DNA of 64,000 nt from Phaeosaccion multiseriatum (Eukaryota > Protista > Ochrophyta, other classes). Below are positions 46,904 to 59,288 of this stretch, in pieces; positions within the stretch are counted from its first letter, which is position 1; each line of letters starts with the position of its first letter. Position numbers and translations under genes: made by a program. Location: assembly GCA_965112735.1 (NCBI GenBank), contig OZ218954.1:1922001-1986000 (forward strand). Reading direction: 5' to 3'. The notes under the pieces were generated by a model that made no database searches, had not been told where the DNA came from, and was given only the letters and a program-made list of their open reading frames with translations.

Positions 46904-49900
46904 TTTGATGTCCAAGTAGTGGGTGATGAGATCTGCCAACAGATGGCTCCGCGGTCCCTTCTCCCCGCCCTCCCTCTCCCCAAGGTCCAGCTTCAGCTTT
47001 AGCTGAGCGAAGCCCGGGTTGACAGCCTGTTTCTCCTTCTGAACCTTGCGCGGGTCACCACCTTTGCTCCATGTTGGGCGCAAAAAATGGCAAGTGAGAG
47101 GGAGCGAGCCGAGGCATGAGGGGCGGCGGGTTGTAGGCGAGTCGCATTCGTTCGCAATGTATAGAGTGCCGTGCACATTCGCAGAGTCTATGTCTCATAT
47201 CTGCATACCACTCCCCATCGCACGCACGCACGATCGCAAGCACGCACGCATGCACGCACGCACGCACGCACTCACTTCCCCGCACCTCCTTGAAAGACAA
47301 AGCAGGCAAGCACTGCATGTAAGGAAAGACAGCTCCGCACCACACCACGCTACCACCCACTCAACACGTGAGCGAGTCACCGCCCTTTGCCCCGGCCAGT
47401 AATACCAGTAATACCCCACCCTACGCCATTCCCTGCCCCCTCTCGTGGCCCAGTCCCTTCCACCACCCACCTCCTTGGGGCGTGAGTCCCACGCTGACGA
47501 AGGCACCCACATCGGCAGCAAGACTGCGCACCAGCTCCTTGCTGTGATGGCCGTAGTTCTGAGCCACGATGACGTGCGCGAATTGCGAGCAGAGCGAAAT
47601 GTACTCTTCCAGGTACTCTGGCAGCCACTCGAACTGGAGCGAAAGACAGAGGGAGAAAGGGAGAGAGAGGGAAGGAGAGAGACAGAGAGAGGGAGAGTGA
47701 GACAGAGAGAGGGAGAGTGAGACAAAGGGAGAGAGAAGAGAGAGAATGAGGCACATACAGACAGAGAAGGAGAGAGATGAGACAGAGAAAGACAGAGAGG
47801 AAAGGGAGAAGAGAGAGATAGAGAGAGCAAGAGAGAGAGAAGACAGAGAGGGAGAAGAGAGAGACAGACACACAAGAGAGACATGGAGTGAAGTTGCGGC
47901 AGAGACACGCGTGGAGACAGAGGGGCAAGGAGGTTTGTCTCTATAAGATAGAATGAAGAAGAAGAAGAAGAAGAAGAAGAAGAAGGAGCAGAAGAAGAAG
48001 AAGAAGAAGAAGAAGAAGAAGAAGAAGAAGAAGGAAGAAGAAGAAGAAGAAGAAGAAGAAGAGGACGACGAAGAAGAGAAGGAAGAGGAGGAGGAGGGGG
48101 AGGAGGAGGAGGAGGAGGAGGAGGAGGAGGAGGAGGAGGAGGAGGAGGAGGAGGAGGAGGAGGAGGAGGAGGAGGAGGAGGAGGAGGAGGGCGAACAGTG
48201 CAAATTATCAGGACGAGGTCATAAGGCAACGCAAGACAAGATGGTCTTACGATAGGGCAATGTCAGACACGTGTTTGCCTCCCCGTGAAGCCCACGTCCA
48301 AAGAGAATGAAAGTTGGGGAGTCCAATCACCCGATAGCCCGACGATACACTCCCACACGTACCCGCAACCAATCACTCACGCACTCACGCACTCTCTCCC
48401 TCCCTCACTCCCTCCCTCACTCATTCACTCACTCACTCGCTCACTCACTCACTCACACACTCACTCACCCACCCACTCACTCACCCACCCACTCACTCAC
48501 TCTCTGACTCATTCACTCACTCACCCACTCACTCACTCACTCACCCACTCACTCACCCACACACTCACTCATTCTCTGAACTCATTCTCTGAACTCACTT
48601 TGAAGCCGACCAATCCTGGGGGTATATGACCGATCAGCAGAACGGCTTCTCCGCCTGCCTCGGCCTCCTGCAGCTGCTCCGCCATCCACTCGAGCTGCGA
48701 GAGGGGGGCTATGGTACTTGGAGAAGCGAGGGGGGGCTTGGCGAGGAACATGAGGCTGTTGATGGACAGCACGCGGCACCGCACCAGCGGTAAGCGGTAT
48801 GCGTAGTACCCTGGGGTGGACGATTGGTGGGAACACACACACGCACACGCACATTTACATACACACACACACACACACATCAAGTTGCAGATCTCAGACG
48901 AAAGGAAGGAAGGAAGGAAGGAAGGAAGGAAGGAAGGAAGGAGGGAGGGAGCCACCGTCCCTGGGAAAGTGGAGAACAATGGCCTCGCTTGCCTTCAGTG
49001 GGCGCACACTTGGATCCTCTTGGCAGTGGGTCGCGCTGGGCAGTTACCGCCCGCCGTCCACACCGTCTGCCTCGGACCCCCCACCCCCCCAAACCCCGCT
49101 CCCCTCTCCTCCTCTGCATCACACCAAATTTGAAGGAAAGGAAAGGCCTCGTGACGTGCGACGCACCTCCGGCCTTGAAGGTGGCCTCGTTTTTGGGGTC
49201 GCTGAGGATGCCGTCGGCGGTGGTGAGAGAGACGCCGTCACCGAGAATACCCGCTGCGACGGCCGCTGCATCTTCTCGCTCCAGCTCCTTCTCCCCTGCC
49301 AGAAGGCGCCACAGCCGCTCGTACTCTTCGGCCTTGCCTTTCTGCTTGGATGACGGGTGGGGTGGGGGGGGAGGAGCAGGCATGATCAGGAAAGGCCGGA
49401 GGGGTGAACAAACCCAGTCAGTCGACTGCGCCCTGCTACAGTTACCTCCCTCCCCCGAAGCTCCTTGACTTGCGGCATGACTTGTGTCTCTTCTTGCACG
49501 CTCTGTGGGAAGTGCTACCACCATACTGCCTGCAGTCCCCAATATATATATATAATATTTATATATACATACATCATATGTATAGTATGTATACACCCCC
49601 AATCCCAACGGTGCCTCGCTCCTCCTATCTCTGCTGTCGGGGACTTTCTCCCATCCTCTCCGATCTCAGGAGCTGATTTTCCTTCCCTTCCCTTCCCTTC
49701 CTCTTCGCGCTCCGTACCTCCGTCGTCTGCCTCGCATCAAGCAGGTCGTTATTCCCAACGGCGTAGACCACCGGAGTACTGGGCAGATAGATAGGGGGAA
49801 GGGGAGTGACAACACAAGCACAGCGCAAGCACAGCACAAGCACAGGCAGCCAGGCAGCGAGGGAGGCATTGCGGTCAGTGGCTCGAGTGCGAGCGAAACT

Positions 49901-50131
49901 CTCTCCCGTGCAAGCGTTGACGCACAACGACACACCTGGGGAAGGCGTTGGCGATACGCTCCAGGACCACGCGCTGCGCTGCTGCCAGTTGAGCCAAATC
50001 TGAGAGAGCACAACAAACGCAGCATGATGGGACTCGACTCGCTAACTGATGTGACAGTCCAGAGACGAAGCTTAAAACAATATCACCCTCCTCTGCGCAA
50101 TAAGAGTGCTTTCGCTGCCCCCATGACACCA

Positions 50132-50162
<31 letters not shown>

Positions 50163-50922
50163 TAGTGGATGGACCAAAGATGTCGGACCAGCTTACAGCG
50201 TCCGCTGAAAAGTAGCAGGAGCTGCTCACCAACGATGGAATGCGCAGGGAGGTCCCCACCAAGGAGAATCGCAGCGGGGGAGGGGTCGATGGCTTTCATG
50301 TACTCGAGAGTTGCCTCCAAGAGAGACAGGGGGGCGTCACAGCCCTGCAACGGCATCAGCTCAAGGTCACTTTCGGTGAAGTTCGCCACGCAAATAGGTA
50401 GTCCAGGATCCACATCGTCTGCAGGGGAGGGGAGGGGAGGGGAGGATGAGCCCACGATGGGGAGAAGAAACGGGCGGGGATTAAGAGGCGGAGCAGAGGA
50501 GATGTTTTGCTGCTTGAGTACTCACGTTTGGAGGGCGCCTGACATGCAGGCACCCGACACTTGCTACTGCTGAAGTCAAACCTGTCCTGCTTCTTGACGT
50601 CGGCGGTGGCCTTGAGATGGTTCCTTTTGACCGAGAAGTACTCCCCGCTGGAGCGGTCGAAGAAAGGCTCAACGTGCATGTCTGTGAGGAAGAAGACGTT
50701 CTTCTCTTTCAAAGAAGCCTCTCCTGATAAACCAAGCTCCTGTCCGTCTGGGACAGACGCTGGTGTTGATAGTCCCCCAGTGGTCAGGAGAGCCCCACAT
50801 GCAGCTCCAACGAGAAGAACTGCCCCAAACTTGAGCACATTGCACCATTGCTCCCGTCCCGGATTGTAGTTGCTACCACCGACGGTAGCCCTAACGTTCC
50901 CCTCTTCCACAGCTCCGTACAT
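45341..50922 (-). CDS. Calcineurin-like metallophosphoesterase, endopolyphosphatase Ppn1 / acid-sphingomyelinase-like, with N-terminal TM anchor; ~12 exons
   Basis: FFLTDMHVEPFF, GCDAPLSLL, ILLGGDLPAH, YAVGNNDL, GGYY, LSINS, QLEWMAEQLQEA, LLIGHIPPG, AQNYGHHSKE, NPGF, WKPLYSF..TY...D.S, ending VEDCVARACRNDVSIQCYKDMA*. TM segment FGAVLLVGAACGALL near the N-terminus. Confidence 0.85.
45480..45925. repeat. (GGA)n tract in the last intron of the phosphoesterase gene
   Basis: Direct inspection. Confidence 0.95.
47954..48190. repeat. Compound (GAA)n(GAG)n tract, intronic
   Basis: Direct inspection. Confidence 0.95.
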
Positions 50923-52540
50923 AATATCTGGGCATGAATCTTCGCAGCAAGAGATGTTGCGGATACCAGGCCACAAAAAAGCAGCACCTCTGAACAAAAA
51001 GGAGATGCACAAGCAATAAAAGGCAGACGGGGGAATTTGCGTAGTACATTCAAGAAAGCCAACTGTGAACTTGAACTTAAAAAACTTGGGCGCGGCGCTG
51101 CCTCTATCCTCTCAGTGGCCACTGTACCTCCACCGCAGCACTCCCCCTGGAATGGCGCGCCTTTGGCTGGGCCCGACGGGGACGCTCCTCGCGCCGCCGC
51201 CGCACGGCCTCCCGCACGGATCCACTTGGCGACCTCTTCGGCGTGTCGTGGCATGGCGTTCTCGTCGTTTGGACCGTCACTACACCCTCCTTCCGTCCGC
51301 CCTTCTGCTGGTGGCTGACCCTCCGCGACCTACGAGAGGCCCTCGGGTGCCCCCGCGCCCACTACTGGGGTGACGAACCACCGGCCTGGCAAGCTGCCAA
51401 CCCTCTGCACCTCCGCCCCGATCACCCGGGCCTCTGCGAGGACGGCTGCGTTGAAGAGGGACGCTACCTGGCGGAAGACCCCGGACGCTATCTGGGTCAG
51501 GCATATTCGATGCCAGGGTGAGGTGCCATTTCCAGGGGTTGGGAGGTGGGCTGATGACCCCGGAAGGAGGTGATGTAGGACACGCAGTACGAGACGACCC
51601 CCTGTAGGGCCCACCCGGCAGGGGGACGGCGCGTCTCTCGCCGCTTGCCCGCCCCCAAGAGTTTTAGTGGGTATACCCTCGCCGGTGACCCCCACATAAC
51701 CACCCTCACCGGTGTGTATCTGTAACGGATTTCTCTTGGGCAGTGCAGCGACGGTCGTCACGACGACCTGCCCCGGCGGATGCTCTAGGCCTCGGCCGAT
51801 GAGGAGCGCTCCCCCGGGGTGCGGGTTTTCCCTCCTTCGCAACCCAAGCAACAGCGCAAGGAGGGCCTTTTTCCCCCGTGCCCGAACACCTCCCCCTGGC
51901 TGTCTTCCGGGCGAAGTCTTGGTGATGTGGACTGCTACGACTGAGAGTCTGAATGCATACCACGGACCTCATCCGGAGGACTACCGGGTGAGTGGGCGAG
52001 CGCCTTTTTACAGGAAGGAGGCAGCGCACGAGACACATTGGCCCTGTGGAGATGTGCGATTCCGGGGGGAGGCCTGCATAAAAAAAATATGCAGGCCTCC
52101 CCCCGGTATCGCGCATCTACACAGGGCCAATGTGTCTCGTGCGCTGCCTCCTTCCTGTGATCTCAGCCTGGTGCTGAGTCTGAATGCATACCGCGGACCT
52201 CATCCGGAGGACTACCGGGTGAGTGGCCGAGCAGAGCAGTGTCGCCCTAGAGAGGCAGAGAGAGAGAGAGAGAGAGAATACCTTCTCTTTTTTCCATCAA
52301 TCCTAACTTTTTTAAAGAATTCTATCCCTCGGGGGACGAGGACGTCCAACGGCGCGGTATGACCCCGACCAGAGCCTGGTATATCCGTGGAGCCTACCTC
52401 CCTCAGTCATTAGCCGGGGAGTGGCACTCAGGGGATGTAACGTCTTCTGTGAGTCTTTATTTCTGACTTGCTCCACCCCAACGCTCACTGTCGTACAAAA
52501 CATCAAATTAAGATGTCTACAAAGGACCATCCCAGGGTCT

Positions 52541-54772
52541 TCAATCCGACCATTCTTCGTCCGAGTCAAGGATGGGCGCGCAATCCACCGCAACTGCTCG
52601 GATCCCTGGCCCCGCCGCTGCCCCTGCCGTCGACCGGTTGGGGTGGAAGGTGGCGTTCTCGTTAGCCAGCCTAGAGAGGCGGGTAAACTCGTCTTGCCGC
52701 TGGGCCTCGAGCCTCTCTCGCTCATCAATCTCGGCTCTGAACTGCGCAACCTTGGAGGGCTTCCCGGAACCGGCACCTCCTTCGGAACCTTCCATGACTC
52801 GGCTCGATAAGAGAGGCATACCTTCCGGACACAGGGAAATGTACGCCGGAACAGGGAATGGGACGCGTGTCTCCTGGCCCTGTTGGTTGTACGCCAGCCA
52901 CTCCTCCGATGTGCAGGCGGGTTTGTTCTGCCTCACAGGGCCATATACATCGTCTTGGAAAAACTCCTTCAGCGCCTGTGAGAAAGAAAGCCCATGCCAA
53001 TTCACGTCAGGAGGCGAGGGCGGAGTAAGAGCAGAGCAGAGCAGAGCAGGGGGTCAAGGAGTGCGTGGTCCATGTAGAAATATGGACGCTCGAAAGACCG
53101 ATAGAGGGGGAGAAGAGAACGAAACCGGCCGCTGTGGAATACACAGACCGACTATATCTATCATCCTTTACGAACGAGTAGTAACCAGTGTAGGCCAAGC
53201 GAGCTGCTCGTGCCTTTTCAAAGCCTGTGAGCAGCGCTTGCGCTTCCCCTCCACCATTCAGCAACCCCTTCATCGCCACCACTCACCACCACTCTACCAC
53301 CACTACCACCATAAGCCTTCCCACTTCTCTTTCCTCCCTCACCTTTGACCGAGGCAGCCAGAAGGTGATGGGTTCGACAGTCTGCTGCGAGAGGCGCAAG
53401 AGCCTCGCTAGCTCGACCTGCTCCACGGCCAGGCAGCCCTGGCAGCGCTGGGGAGCCATCACCACGCCGCACATGCCGTCGGAGGAGCCCACCCCCTTGA
53501 ACTCACTGCAAAAGGAAACGCTGACAGCTGCTGTATCACCAACTGCTGCTGTTGCTGCTGTTGTGGTCTCTGTAATGTCTGGCTGGTGGGGAGTTATGAT
53601 CTCGAATACTTTGAGAGACAAGTCACCCCGACCGGCCACCACCACTGCACGGGGGATGGAGGCGTGAGAGGAGAGGGGCAAAGAGCAGGGGGGTGTCAGA
53701 GGAAGGAGAGGAGAGGCGAGGCAAAAGAGATAGAGAGAAGTAAGCTAAGCTGACAAATAGGAGAGGAGAGGCGAGGCAAAAGAGATAAAAAGTATGCTGG
53801 CAAATAGGCCCGGGTTGGCAGTGGCAAGCAAAGAGGGCGAGAGGCTTGCCAGAAAGTCCGTATGTGTGGGCAAGGGCACTAAAACGGAAACTACTTAAAG
53901 GAAACGACCGTCGGTTCCTTGGAAGAGCCCTTCGAGTGGGCTTGGTGTGGGCTTGGCGAGGGCGGTTACGTTGGCCGTTGGAACACACAAGAAGGAAAAA
54001 ACAGAAAGGAAAAAGGAGGGGAAGAAACAACAAGAAGAAGAGCGTCAGCTCCCAAACCACACTCCCCCCCCACCCCCCACCCCCCCTGGCCGTGTCTTTT
54101 TTCACTCTTTGCGTCACTGCTCCACTGCGCTTAACTCACATAATCCTGATGACTCGGCAACGGTCGGAAACAAGATGCCGCTGGAGTAGTCCACAACGAT
54201 GCTGCATAAAGGCGCCGAGAGGTCCCGCGGACTCCACACCCGCACCTGCCGGTCCGATGCCTGAATGAGGGAGGGCAGTGGAGGGGGCGGGGTGAGAGGG
54301 CCCGTCAAGTCAGTGAAACATTGCCCCAAGTCGTCCCTGCTAGCTTCGCCTTTCACAGAAAAGCTTACCTTTCCAAAGCCTGTAGTGACCAGCAGCTCGC
54401 CCCCCTCGCCTCCCGTCGCTGCCCCTCCCGATGCCGCCGCCGAAGGATGATGCCAGAAGGTTACTTGCTGGGCCTTGGTACCGCTCCCCTCGTGCCCAAC
54501 ACCACTGGATACCATCGCGCACTCGCACACGCACCCACGTCCCTCCCCGTCATCTTCCACGGCTACCGTTTCTTCCCCGCTACTACTGCTGCTGCTGCTG
54601 CTGACACATGACGTGGTGTCAAAGCAGCGGATGTGACCGTCACGACAAGAGGTAGCGAGGAGGGAACCGTGACGAGAGAGGGCCATGCTGTGGACGGCGT
54701 CAGGGTGGGTCGCGATGGTCTGCACGGGCACCGAAGGGTCAGCAGACGCCAGATCGAAGATGCTGGGACAAC

Positions 54773-54807
<35 letters not shown>

Positions 54808-56067
54808 GGACAGACACATCGTGATTGGGGGGGGGGGAGGGGGCAGAAGGGGAGGGTCGCAGTTAGCATTACATGAACAGGGGGGGGGGTAGTTCAAGAT
54901 TTTTGGTGTTCTTGGGGTACGACACGCGGACCCCAACGGGGAAGAAAGGCTGAGGTAAATAAGCCAATGACCAGCAGTGAATGAGCAGTGAATGGACAAG
55001 TAGGATGGCACTCTACCACCCTCCTCCTCCTCCTCCTCCTCCTCCTCCTCCTCCTCCTCCTCCACTCGCGATAAGGAAAGTGTTGGCTCTGCCACTCCTC
55101 CTTCCATTCTTCCTTCCCAGACAGCACCGAGACCACAGAACATGCACGCTGCACCCACCGAATAGAGTAGTCTGCCCCTGCTGTGTAGAGCAGGTCCTTG
55201 GCGGTGGGGTGGAACAGCACGTGCTTTACCGCTGTGTCGTGACCTCGAATGTCGAGTGTCGCGTCGGAGGCGCTCATGTGTGACGTCAGCGCCCCACCCT
55301 CGGGGAGGCGCCACAGCTTGAGAGAGGAGAAAGAACAGAGAGACAGGCACACACGCATACATATGGTTTCGGTTTCAGAATATGAACGGGGCGGCAGGTA
55401 TTGCAGGAAGGACGCCGCGCCCCCAGGGGACAGGGGCCTTTTCCCCCTCTCACGATGGTTCTCATTGGTCTCCAAGGGAAGGAGGGAAAGAAGGAAGGAA
55501 CTCATTCTGTCCGTTCTACTGTTCGCCCGCCGTTGCTCCTCGGCCCCCCTCTCCTCCGTCCGCCCTCTTCATTCCTCCAAGCCCGGCCTCTTTTCCGTCC
55601 TTTCGCGCGCTCTCTCGATCTCTGTGTGTCCCCTTCCCATCCTGAGCTGTGTCTCTCGCCCCTTACTCCGCTATACCCTATACCGCATACGCTATACCCT
55701 ACACCCTTTACCCCATACCCTTTACCCTATACCCTAAACCCCATAGGATATCCTACATCCTACACTCTATATCCTGTACCCTTTGCCCTATGCCCTATAT
55801 CCTATACCTCAAACCTCATATAATATAGCCTTTACTCCATGCCCTGTATATATATATACTTTACACCAAATACCCAATATCCTATACACTATTTATCATA
55901 CCCCATATACCCTATAACCTATACCCCATATACCCTATACCCACCTTGATGGTGTGGTCCTCGCTCCCTGTGGCCATGATGGAGGCGTCGAAGGGGCTGA
56001 AGGCGATGGAGTGCACAGGCCCGCGGTGGCCGTTGACGAGGAAGCAATCCGGCTCCACCTTTCCCTG

Positions 56068-56151
<84 letters not shown>

Positions 56152-56363
56152 ATGGCCACCATGGCCACCCCCCGACCCCGATTGTGTGAGGGCAAGGGAA
56201 ATGGACTCTTTTCTTTCACGGCGCTCTGCGGGCGCAATACCTTGTGCCAGCCCTCTCGCAATACCTTGTACCTGTTCCAGCCCTCTCGCAATACCTGGTA
56301 CAGTTCCAGCCTTCTCGTCTCTCTCTGTCTCTCTTTCTTCTCGCTCTCCCTCACCCTCTCTCT

Positions 56364-56396
<33 letters not shown>

Positions 56397-56438
56397 GCTC
56401 TCTCTGTCTCTCTTTCTTGTCGCTCTCCCTCACCCTCT

Positions 56439-56473
<35 letters not shown>

Positions 56474-59255
56474 TGCTCATCAGCCCATCCAAGAACAAAA
56501 GTCTCCGAATACACAAGACGCCTGTCACAGCATCACAACGTCGGTGCCTGTCTCTTTGTTGCTCTCGCCCCACCCACCCACCCACCTGCGAGCCTTCCCC
56601 CTGGAGGGGACACACAAAGACAGGCCCCCCTCCTCCCACCCAAGGAACCGCCCAATACGCTGAGCTGCACGCCAGAATGGGGCTCTCCAGTGACGTCAGC
56701 AGCGGTTTCAAGTTGAAGCTGGACTGCTGCGCGGGGACCCCCTTGCCATACACGTGCTTGAAGCGGCTCCTCGGCGGCTGCTTTAGAGGAGTGGGAGGGT
56801 TGCGGCTGGACTCTGATGGCGCCGCTGGCGGGGGGGGCGCGTCGTCTTCTTCTTGCCTTGCCCCTCCCAGGGGGACTGGGGGGCTTGAGCTTGCCTCTGT
56901 AACTGATGTAACTGTTGTAACTGATGTAACTGATGTAACTGATTGGGGGGCAGATTCGGAGCCTTTCTCGTCCTCAACAGTGCGCGAGGAGGGTCCATCC
57001 GCAGCAACATCGCCCAGGGGAGAATCAGCAGCAGCAGCGGCAGCACTACCATCCTCATCCTCCTCCTCCTCCTCCGCAGTAGCAGCGCCAGCAGCAAGAG
57101 TGGCAACCGCAGCACCAGTAGTACCAACAGCAACAGCGGCAGCGGCAGCGGCATTCCCACTCCCATCCGCAGCTCCCTTCACAGCCACGGCCGTGGAAGG
57201 ATTAATCGCGGGCTTGGAGGGCTTGACGCTGGCTTCCACCATGTAAGGCCCCAGCGTTTGACCCCCGTATAACCAATCATCCCCGGTCAGCGACGGGTAC
57301 CTGCCTGGGCAGGCGGGGTATAGGTCAGCGTGGAAACCCCGTTTGTCCCTCCGTGGCACCTCGACTCGCACGGGCTGAATGCCGCCGCTCACCAACTTAA
57401 ACAGCCGCGCCACCTCACATCCCATCATATCGCAGTCTTCGCGAGGCAGACTCGCATAGCCCTTTGCCAGACCGCCGCCCACAGCCGCATTACAGATGGA
57501 GTGCACCTCCGCTCCGCCCCCCCCTCCCAAGTGAGTCTCTTGACCCGCCGCTTGTGCCCCTCCCCCTAAGACCCCTAGTGCCCCTGCCCTATCCTGTTGG
57601 CCCTCCGTGTGCGTGTGCGTGAGGCCTCCTGCCGTAAACTCGTGGACACGAATGCTGCTGTCTCCCGTGCCACAGAGGAAGACGAGGTTGGTTCCGTAGT
57701 CGACAATGGGAAGGAGGGCTCCGGTGCTGCTGCTGCCGCTCAGACGCTCACGGCTGGTGGGGCCATGGGACAGAGCTCGAGAGTCCTGTGCGCCATGGTA
57801 GTACATGGTTATACGTAGTCATAGCCGCCAATTGTAAGCAGGCAGCAGAGAACCATAACTTCACAAACAAAAAAAAAGGCGAAAAACCCCAAGCCACGAC
57901 AAGAAACGACATGATGTACATGCAACATGAAAGCCTCCGCCCTCTCTCCCCCCCCCTCCTCCACCCCCCCTTCTCTCTTCCACCCAGCCTCGGTCTCCCA
58001 TGGCAGTCGTACTCACCCACAGTGCGAGCTCTCGGGTGTGCATCTTGTCCGTCCCTGTGGTGATGAAGCAGGGGCTGCTGTTGCACCACGCCACCCTTGT
58101 CGTACCGGAGCCGGAGTGAACATCGGACACAGACGCTACCAGAGCTAGGGATGGCGATGGCGATACAAGGCATAGCATAGCGATAAGGCACAGCGATAAG
58201 GCATAGCGATAAGGCACAGCGATAAGGCATAGCGATAAGGCACAGCGATAAGGCATAGCGATGAGGCACAGCGATAAGGCATAGCGATAAGGCACAGCGA
58301 TAAGGCATAGCGATGAGGCACAGCGATAAGGCATAGCGATGAGGCACAGCGATAAGGCATAGCGATGAGGCACAGCGATAAGGCATAGCGATGAGGCACA
58401 GCGGAGGAGAGCACCACGCGACGCGGCGTAGCGATAAAAGGCATAGACGAGAGCACAGAGCAAAGCCATGCATAAAAGCACACACACACACACACAATGC
58501 ACAAAGCAATGCATAAAAGCAATGAAAAGCAAGACGGCGAGAGATGAGGCACAGCGGAGAGCACGAACCAAAGGATGAAAAAGGCATAATACATACAAGA
58601 AGCAGCGGGCCGTGTGTAAGAAATGGCTGCTTCCTTCCCCATTCAAAGTGTGGCACCGACGTGAATTGTGGTGAGCTTCCCACTAAAAGAACAGAACAGG
58701 CACAGGCACAGGCCCCACACTCGGGAACACGAACACATGAGGTCCCACACTGGCACCACAACACCACAACACTATAGCCCCTCTCCTGTGCCCCGGCCTT
58801 ACCCTCTCCTCCCTCCCCTGCCGGTAGGCGAGGGTCAAAGAGCCTGAGCTGCTTGCTCTTATCCGTGGTGGCAATGGTGTCGCCCATGTACGACCAACAC
58901 ATGTGGCACAGATCGGCGCTCCATTTGTGATGCTCTAGAGGCAGCCCGGGCACGTCCGGACGGGTGATGTCCCACACCTGACGTGCAGCAGCAATTGGTG
59001 ATACAGCAAGAAGGGCAGGAGGGGGTGGCTCGTTGGGTAAGAGTGGAGGTTAGGGAAGGATCAAGGATGGGGGAGTACGTCCGTTTTTCAAGCCACCCCT
59101 GGGGCGTGTGATCCATGAGTTGATGTCGCGCAGGACATCTAGTCCAATAACCGGGAAGGGTGCGCAGAGCGGCTGCTAACATGTCAACATGGCCACCGCC
59201 CTGCAGCACTGCCAGTGACTCTTTATCCTCCTTCCCCTGATCCTCCAGAGGCTGT

Positions 59256-59288
<33 letters not shown>

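Noticed and set aside
55670-55940. ccctata/taccc-rich tract as an interstitial telomere
   Set aside because: It is a degenerate (ccctata)-like intronic repeat with no run of CCCTAA or CCCTAAA units.
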